A stretch of 64,000 nucleotides of DNA from Candidatus Omnitrophota bacterium (GTDB lineage: Bacteria > Omnitrophota > Gorgyraeia > Gygaellales > Profunditerraquicolaceae): positions 68,766 through 132,765 of the forward strand of contig JBEKHW010000001.1 of assembly GCA_050012075.1 (NCBI GenBank), given 5' to 3'. The stretch's first letter is position 1. Each line of letters starts with the position of its first letter. A model generated the notes under the pieces. That model worked only from the letters and a program-made list of their open reading frames with translations. It did not search any database and was not told where the DNA came from. Of the stretch, positions 59,301 through 64,000 are shown one piece after another. The translations under genes were made by a program, and so were the position numbers.

Positions 59301-62300
59301 AACGAAACCATCGGATTGTACTTGGTAAGCATCATCGGTGGCAGATTCAGCGGCAAGTTTTCGTGCCTCTTCGGGAATATAACAGTCTTCCAGCCATTTC
59401 AGGTTATTTTCAATCACCGCCCGTTCCTGAATCTCGCCTGCAAATGCCCTGGGAAAGATAATCTTTCCCCCCTCCTCTAATAATTTCTTCTTTGCCTGCA
59501 ACCAATAAGATACATTACAAGATATTGGTTGGTACTTCCATCCCTTCGGAAGACGGTCATTAACTTCGTGTATGGCTATTTGATAAGGAATCAAGATTTC
59601 AATCGCCCTTAATCTTTGGTTAATTTCCTGGATGTTCATCTCAATTGCTGCGTCTGCGTTTTTCCTTAACAACTCTTTCTTGGCCACCAACCATTCCCTT
59701 ACCGGTGAAAATAAATCTAATCCTTCATCGATCAGCCGGTCAATCACTTCATAGTAGGCGTCTCTATATGCCGCCGCTAATTTACCCGCTATCTCGGGTT
59801 TGATGAGCAACCCTAGATTGGCTTTTTGCGCCCTATGGTGCTCAATTTGGTCAATAAGTTTTGCGATATAATTATAGAATTCCTCCGCTATTTCAGGCAT
59901 CTTTGGCAACATTTGCTCTAAATTGCGTTTGGTCTGTCTTAAGGCCGTCAGGTTGGCTAAAGTACTGATTTCTTCTAATTCTAATGGGCGTAAGATTAGC
60001 GCTTCCAGCAAATCCTGGTTAAGCTTGAGGACGATGCTGAAAAATTCCTCTTTTAAAGCGGCTTTTCTCTGAACCCATTTTTTTCTCTCCCTGTTAAATA
60101 AGCTTCGGGAAAAATCCTGGATTTGTTTAATGTCCCATGGCGATAAACCGTCAGGCCATTCCTGACAAAATACTATTTCTCGCATAATCTCCAACATTTG
60201 CCTAATTTCTTCAAGGTCGGTAAGCTGGAGTATTTCGCCAGCTACTAAGCTGCGGATCTCGAGATGCGGAGAACGCAGCCTTGCTTTCAACCTCTCTAGT
60301 TTATGCTCCCAAAGTTCCGTAGTTGTTTCGTACACAGTTATTGTTTCCTCGGGCAGCTCTGAGTCGCCCTCACTGCCGGCAGGGCTGCTGCCGCGGATGT
60401 ATTTTTTCCTGTCTGCTAATTTTGCCAAAACTTCTTCTGCTTCAAGCAATCGCAAGACATTACGGTCATGCGCGCGGATATCGGTAAATAACTTCTGCCT
60501 ATCTATTTGTTTATCTGTAATTGCAGTATACCAGTTAGCCAGATGAGAAACCGAGTTCCACTGCGCCATGGTAATACCATTGAATACGCGGGCTCCCTTG
60601 TTATGCGCCTGATATAAGAACGGGGTGACCAATGGGTCTGTGATAATATCAATCACGGTTTGCCTTCGCGAAATTATTTTTGCGGCACCGGCAAAAGGAA
60701 CCGGGCCGTGCAAATCAGAATGCATGCCAACACCGGTGGCATTAACTATTACCAAGGAATTACGTAAAAGTTTTTTAGATTCAATGAAATTGAACCTACC
60801 AAAACCCATAGACTCCATAATCTGGAGCTTTTCAATGCCTGCACCCGCTAAGGCAAAATTAATTTCCATTCCTGCCCCGCCCAAGCCTAGAATCGTGAGA
60901 GTTCTTTTTTTCCAATTTGGCGGAAACTGGCTTTTGTACGCCTTAAGAAACGCAGCGCCATCTGTAGCGTCAAGCATTAACCGACCGTCTTTCTTAGTTA
61001 TATGGTTAATCGCCCCGGCTTCCTCAACGGCATCCGAAGCAATAACTAAATGCTTGTATTCTCTGGACATATAAATCTCCTTGGCTCTCATTTTCCAAGG
61101 CGCGGTCACTACGGCTCCGATTACACGCGGAGAGTCTTTCATCAAAGCCAATGCCTCGGCAAGTTGCGTTTCGTCTTGCACGGGATACGACACGCGAAGC
61201 GCATCAAGGCCTAAAATATTTCTAAAGGCGTTTTCATATTTCTTATCGGAATTTAGCGAGCCGGATTTTCCTATAAATAATGCAAATTTTGTGCTCTTGT
61301 TGACGGCAAATCCTTCCTGCTCTGCCAGAACCTCAAGCTCATCTTCAAAATTGGAGACGGTTCTATTTTTCGCCGGCGAGCTGCCAGCAGTAAGGCTTGC
61401 TGTTTGAGGCCCCTCTTTGGATTTATTTTGCGCAGCATATTCAAGGGCATTCAAGTACCACCACTGGGCTTCGCGGGAGACCTTCCATGCTCTTATGTCT
61501 ATCCTATTTTTAAAAATGGGGCCGTCTAATACTATCGTGTGATAATCATTATAATCTCCTATTAAGTCAATATTACTATCATGCAAGAACTTCATAAAGT
61601 CAGAGTCTATTTTATGGCCAAGCCATGACCTGCCGATAGCTTCCGATGGGGTGCTTACGACAATTGCCTCAAACCCGTCATGCAAGAAATTCCTAAGAGC
61701 GTCTTCCGGTCCCTGTTCATATAAAAGTTGGGGCGCATCCAATCCAAGCTCTGCGCATGTCTGCTTAAGCCATAATGCATTTATGCAGGGCCCGAATTCA
61801 TGCCCTCCGAAGATACAACCCCTGATCTTCCGGTCATTGCTCCTAAGTTCTGCTATGGCATCCATGAATTCAACTGAATCGTAATATTCTCCCCGTACCT
61901 CTTTTTTATAAAGAGAAACCCCCAATGCATTTGCCTGCAATTGCAATAATCCTGTTTCTGTCCCATGAAAACATACTCTTGTCTGCTTTTCTGAAACAAA
62001 ACTAACGAGGGAAGAAACGTTATATCCTTTCTGCAGCGCCCGATACAAAGCATGGCAGCAATCTTTCCCGCCACTCCAGAATAACAAATAATGCCCATTC
62101 GCCGGCGAGCTGCCGACTTCCTTTGGCCTCTCTGCTGGCCGACCATTCGCCGGCGCGGATGTGCCTGCCTGGGAAAGTCCGCCGGATTCAAGGCCCGGCA
62201 TTCTTTGATTATCAAGCAGATTATTTTCACTGCCGCGGTGGAAAACATTATCCGGCTCCAATCCCTTGATCCTACACAGATGCTCATGGAAAAAGTTATT

Positions 62301-63998
62301 ATATTGAGCTGTTGTCATTTCCGGCTTTAAGAGATCGCTATATCCTCTTAAGACCTTCAAAAATTCGCTGTATTGTGTATTATAAACTGTCTCATATCTT
62401 GTCTCTGCGGACGGCGTTCTTTGCGCAAGGGCTTTTCCAGATTCTTGATGGAGGCTGGCGATAATCCTGTCTAATGCGAGGCGAGCTTGTTCTATTCTCC
62501 CCTTCCTTGCCTCTATTGTTTGAGCCACAATTGGGCCAATGGCAGACCTGATCCTCTGGACAAACTCTTTGAATTTCACAGAATATGCATCTGCGGGCTG
62601 TCTTGTCGAAGGAACTTCTTGCAATTTTCTAATTTTACCGAGGATGTCTGAACGGTTAAGCTCAAAAGCACATAAAAATATTCTTAGCGCCATATAATAG
62701 CCGAATTTTTTGCCGTTTTCTCTGATATTACCGCGGGCAATGCTGATATTCTGCATTCCTTTAATGATCTGATGCAGCCAGTCATCTATTTCTGCCTGTT
62801 CTGAAGCCAGTCCGCCTTGCTGGATATATAAATCTCCTGCATCTTCCGCCGGAGAGCTGCCGCGGCCGCCCGCGTTGCCGCCAAACTCCCCATCTAATAC
62901 TAAATGCCCTGAAGCGTAATAATCTATATCTATATAATCTCGCACACTCCCCTCTAATTCTAATATAGTTTTGCCTGTAACAAGAACTAACCTTTTAAGT
63001 TGTGTGCAGCCCCAGAGAAAATCTTTTATTCTACAAATTTGTGCCACTATCTTCATAACATTATCTCGCAACTCCCAATCATTCTCTCTTAATATACAGC
63101 TTAAAACTGCCCTATCGCCGAAATTATCCATTCCTAGCTTATGTACGATAAGCCGTGCTTCTTGCTTATTGAGCCCAAGCATGAGAAATTTATCGGCAAT
63201 GTTCCAATAATTTCTATACGAGGCGCGTAGTTTATCACAGTTTCGTTTTAATGTGGCCTTGTCCCTAATAACAGCTCCTATAAAAGAATCGAATTCTTTA
63301 ATTACTTTATTTATCTCATCAAACGCCTGCCTTGCCCAGTCCCTGAATTTCTCCATTTTATCCAGCTCCATGACCGCTGCTGCCATATTATTTATTTCAA
63401 CCCAGTTACCGGGAATACCTGATTTTATAATACCTTGGGGCATTTCACGGCTATAAAAAGGCGAAAATCTATTTATCTTTTGCACCAATATCTCGCCATT
63501 ATTCTTATATCCTTCTTGGGCTCCTAAAACGCCGCCATTACCGCGGCCCGAAAGAATTGCATAAACAGCTCTTTCCTTTAAATGCCTTGCCGCTGTAATA
63601 AATAGCGTATCTATAGAACCTGTTGCCTCTTGAATATTTATATTATTGGTTACAAAAAGACGCTCTTCATCGTCTTTTCCAATACTAATATTATGACCGA
63701 TTATAATCGTGTCTTTTTCTAAATAAACTTTCTCATCAATATTTCCAAAGAGAATAATTTTATGCGTGAATTTCTTGACGATTTTTAGAAAACGGCGATT
63801 TTTATTTACCGGAAGGGGTGTGTTTACGACTATCGGAGGATGCTTAAGGGGTAATTTTGTTATAATTTTTTCTAGTGCCCTATAGCCGCCTTGAGATGCC
63901 CCGACTACAATAATTTTCCCTTTAAAATCCGGGACAGTTAGATTTTTCTTCTCTATTGCTCCGCTACCTACGCCTGCCTTGCGCTCTAGGCTTTCTCT
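56316..63998 (-). CDS. 3' part of a giant multi-domain protein (>2,560 aa, open to the window edge) with GSSPA-delimited enzyme-like modules
   Basis: The frame stays open from 63998 through 63488. CheB-, Dph6-, AroE-, ThiG- and CheR-like motifs; eight GSSPA linkers. Confidence 0.88.
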   Translation of the reverse strand, partial: RESLERKAGVGSGAIEKKNLTVPDFKGKIIVVGASQGGYRALEKIITKLPLKHPPIVVNTPLPVNKNRRFLKIVKKFTHKIILFGNIDEKVYLEKDTIIIGHNISIGKDDEERLFVTNNINIQEATGSIDTLFITAARHLKERAVYAILSGRGNGGVLGAQEGYKNNGEILVQKINRFSPFYSREMPQGIIKSGIPGNWVEINNMAAAVMELDKMEKFRDWARQAFDEINKVIKEFDSFIGAVIRDKATLKRNCDKLRASYRNYWNIADKFLMLGLNKQEARLIVHKLGMDNFGDRAVLSCILRENDWELRDNVMKIVAQICRIKDFLWGCTQLKRLVLVTGKTILELEGSVRDYIDIDYYASGHLVLDGEFGGNAGGRGSSPAEDAGDLYIQQGGLASEQAEIDDWLHQIIKGMQNISIARGNIRENGKKFGYYMALRIFLCAFELNRSDILGKIRKLQEVPSTRQPADAYSVKFKEFVQRIRSAIGPIVAQTIEARKGRIEQARLALDRIIASLHQESGKALAQRTPSAETRYETVYNTQYSEFLKVLRGYSDLLKPEMTTAQYNNFFHEHLCRIKGLEPDNVFHRGSENNLLDNQRMPGLESGGLSQAGTSAPANGRPAERPKEVGSSPANGHYLLFWSGGKDCCHALYRALQKGYNVSSLVSFVSEKQTRVCFHGTETGLLQLQANALGVSLYKKEVRGEYYDSVEFMDAIAELRSNDRKIRGCIFGGHEFGPCINALWLKQTCAELGLDAPQLLYEQGPEDALRNFLHDGFEAIVVSTPSEAIGRSWLGHKIDSDFMKFLHDSNIDLIGDYNDYHTIVLDGPIFKNRIDIRAWKVSREAQWWYLNALEYAAQNKSKEGPQTASLTAGSSPAKNRTVSNFEDELEVLAEQEGFAVNKSTKFALFIGKSGSLNSDKKYENAFRNILGLDALRVSYPVQDETQLAEALALMKDSPRVIGAVVTAPWKMRAKEIYMSREYKHLVIASDAVEEAGAINHITKKDGRLMLDATDGAAFLKAYKSQFPPNWKKRTLTILGLGGAGMEINFALAGAGIEKLQIMESMGFGRFNFIESKKLLRNSLVIVNATGVGMHSDLHGPVPFAGAAKIISRRQTVIDIITDPLVTPFLYQAHNKGARVFNGITMAQWNSVSHLANWYTAITDKQIDRQKLFTDIRAHDRNVLRLLEAEEVLAKLADRKKYIRGSSPAGSEGDSELPEETITVYETTTELWEHKLERLKARLRSPHLEIRSLVAGEILQLTDLEEIRQMLEIMREIVFCQEWPDGLSPWDIKQIQDFSRSLFNRERKKWVQRKAALKEEFFSIVLKLNQDLLEALILRPLELEEISTLANLTALRQTKRNLEQMLPKMPEIAEEFYNYIAKLIDQIEHHRAQKANLGLLIKPEIAGKLAAAYRDAYYEVIDRLIDEGLDLFSPVREWLVAKKELLRKNADAAIEMNIQEINQRLRAIEILIPYQIAIHEVNDRLPKGWKYQPISCNVSYWLQAKKKLLEEGGKIIFPRAFAGEIQERAVIENNLKWLEDCYIPEEARKLAAESATDDAYQVQSDGFVSVCGSSPAASAGRHGGIVIDNRQLYPFIAPLAITHISNDARGKGSCIKILTTEIAADIVVESNAQFFIFTPVRIEELNMRAGYHIKPMESYLQKAEIEDNAGWCRLGKEGDLNSVSEFAQLDYIKLVHEKLTKQNKTRDFIILINTSRCQTVDAAVKMAGLGIMIMKSPYVKLEIRDDNFMTKNDNILEATRKLAGLNKNIKIIPLIGKDIGRAKLKKLLKTPQVIALRIEGTKPGSNQGLGDITKMKDIIRWVREIRPDISLIAECGIGVPEQARQALMIGFNGFLVNSAITQVANPLETAIKFTEVIKRGSSPAEKEGMLSELHDIMSRYNISQAEIKTIENVFYSTGIYEKVFGDSRRAPTSLNFLRQLIEEMSAQQSGASYLYDCFRQYNYDIHRVIADLNNVNSSAHQYLIDQYLIVVSQSDCLRCDKEYEYIRQSLAIIIDREKHNNELPVKINMWSLGCGTGEEPASLAAVVFDEVSRHPEWGIKFGKNLQLKVTGVDIEQDFLSLARIHLDSGFELKNPDLPSQREFERYQAKVNFVNRNLPFVKDSIELIFGNIIDENIINRALSADFIMINAVIHHLMPHALKRLFNLLGNISPSTHVLIFPNTWNLATEDGKVELSDFIKGLRSQFKVALLKDDEFVLRSMDPEENESHGNKVSLRNGPQGGGAGGGKDNSGVTGSSPAQDEAQLAVEELKAPDFTIERCEAAMGWLDKSDYLKDKLRSRRELKGKTLAEQIEHIVKLNEWPFLLAFFREHIETLPNNCGEDNEIIKALDYAEKKLIEAAAEKGTQLRYVAIMTIKFKREPVPLFLTQALPEKTSQLSSLDTDGEQEALEQERKFSNLYWQLTNALGKGRKHKAKAILDQIGALENDEGLTYPQTDLINACRRKMGKAVVSKTKKSKDNIGSSPASGNKPDTGCDVAGKSSSTPARLPEIAFTEEEEYGPVRYDKVGPIYVDDSRYVFVGEKISSLIQLIEWLRILQKSPPLP

Positions 63999-64000
63999 TA

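Overview
A 64-kb bacterial chromosomal window with almost all genes on the minus strand. Giant multi-enzyme ORFs, stand-alone PilZ genes and the repeat types suggest Ca. Omnitrophota, but this is an inference. Contents from left to right: an FMN-type glutamate synthase gene; a full F1Fo ATP synthase operon preceded by dedA-exbB-exbD; a ~20-kb nitrogen-assimilation island (gltD, gltB, stand-alone NtrC/Fis HTH, glnA, GS III, two amtB-glnK pairs, a 59-aa HTH gene, a putative porin, an ECF-like sigma factor, nadE, a GAF-ANTAR protein, alaT/alaR); phosphate transport; mnmG; a RAYT transposase with REP ends; apgM; nrdJ; a sugar-utilisation cluster; PilZ genes; and the 3' part of a giant ORF made of enzyme domains separated by GSSPA linkers. 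Main finding: an apparently Ntr-independent nitrogen regulatory circuit readable in the DNA. Eight ANTAR-type hairpin/terminator attenuators occur in six leaders, including the sigma gene's own leader. A strictly spaced RTTACCA-N14-TTACTTGTA alternative promoter precedes three of those leaders, which implies an ANTAR -> sigma -> ANTAR feed-forward loop. GS and PII both lack their classical modification tyrosines.
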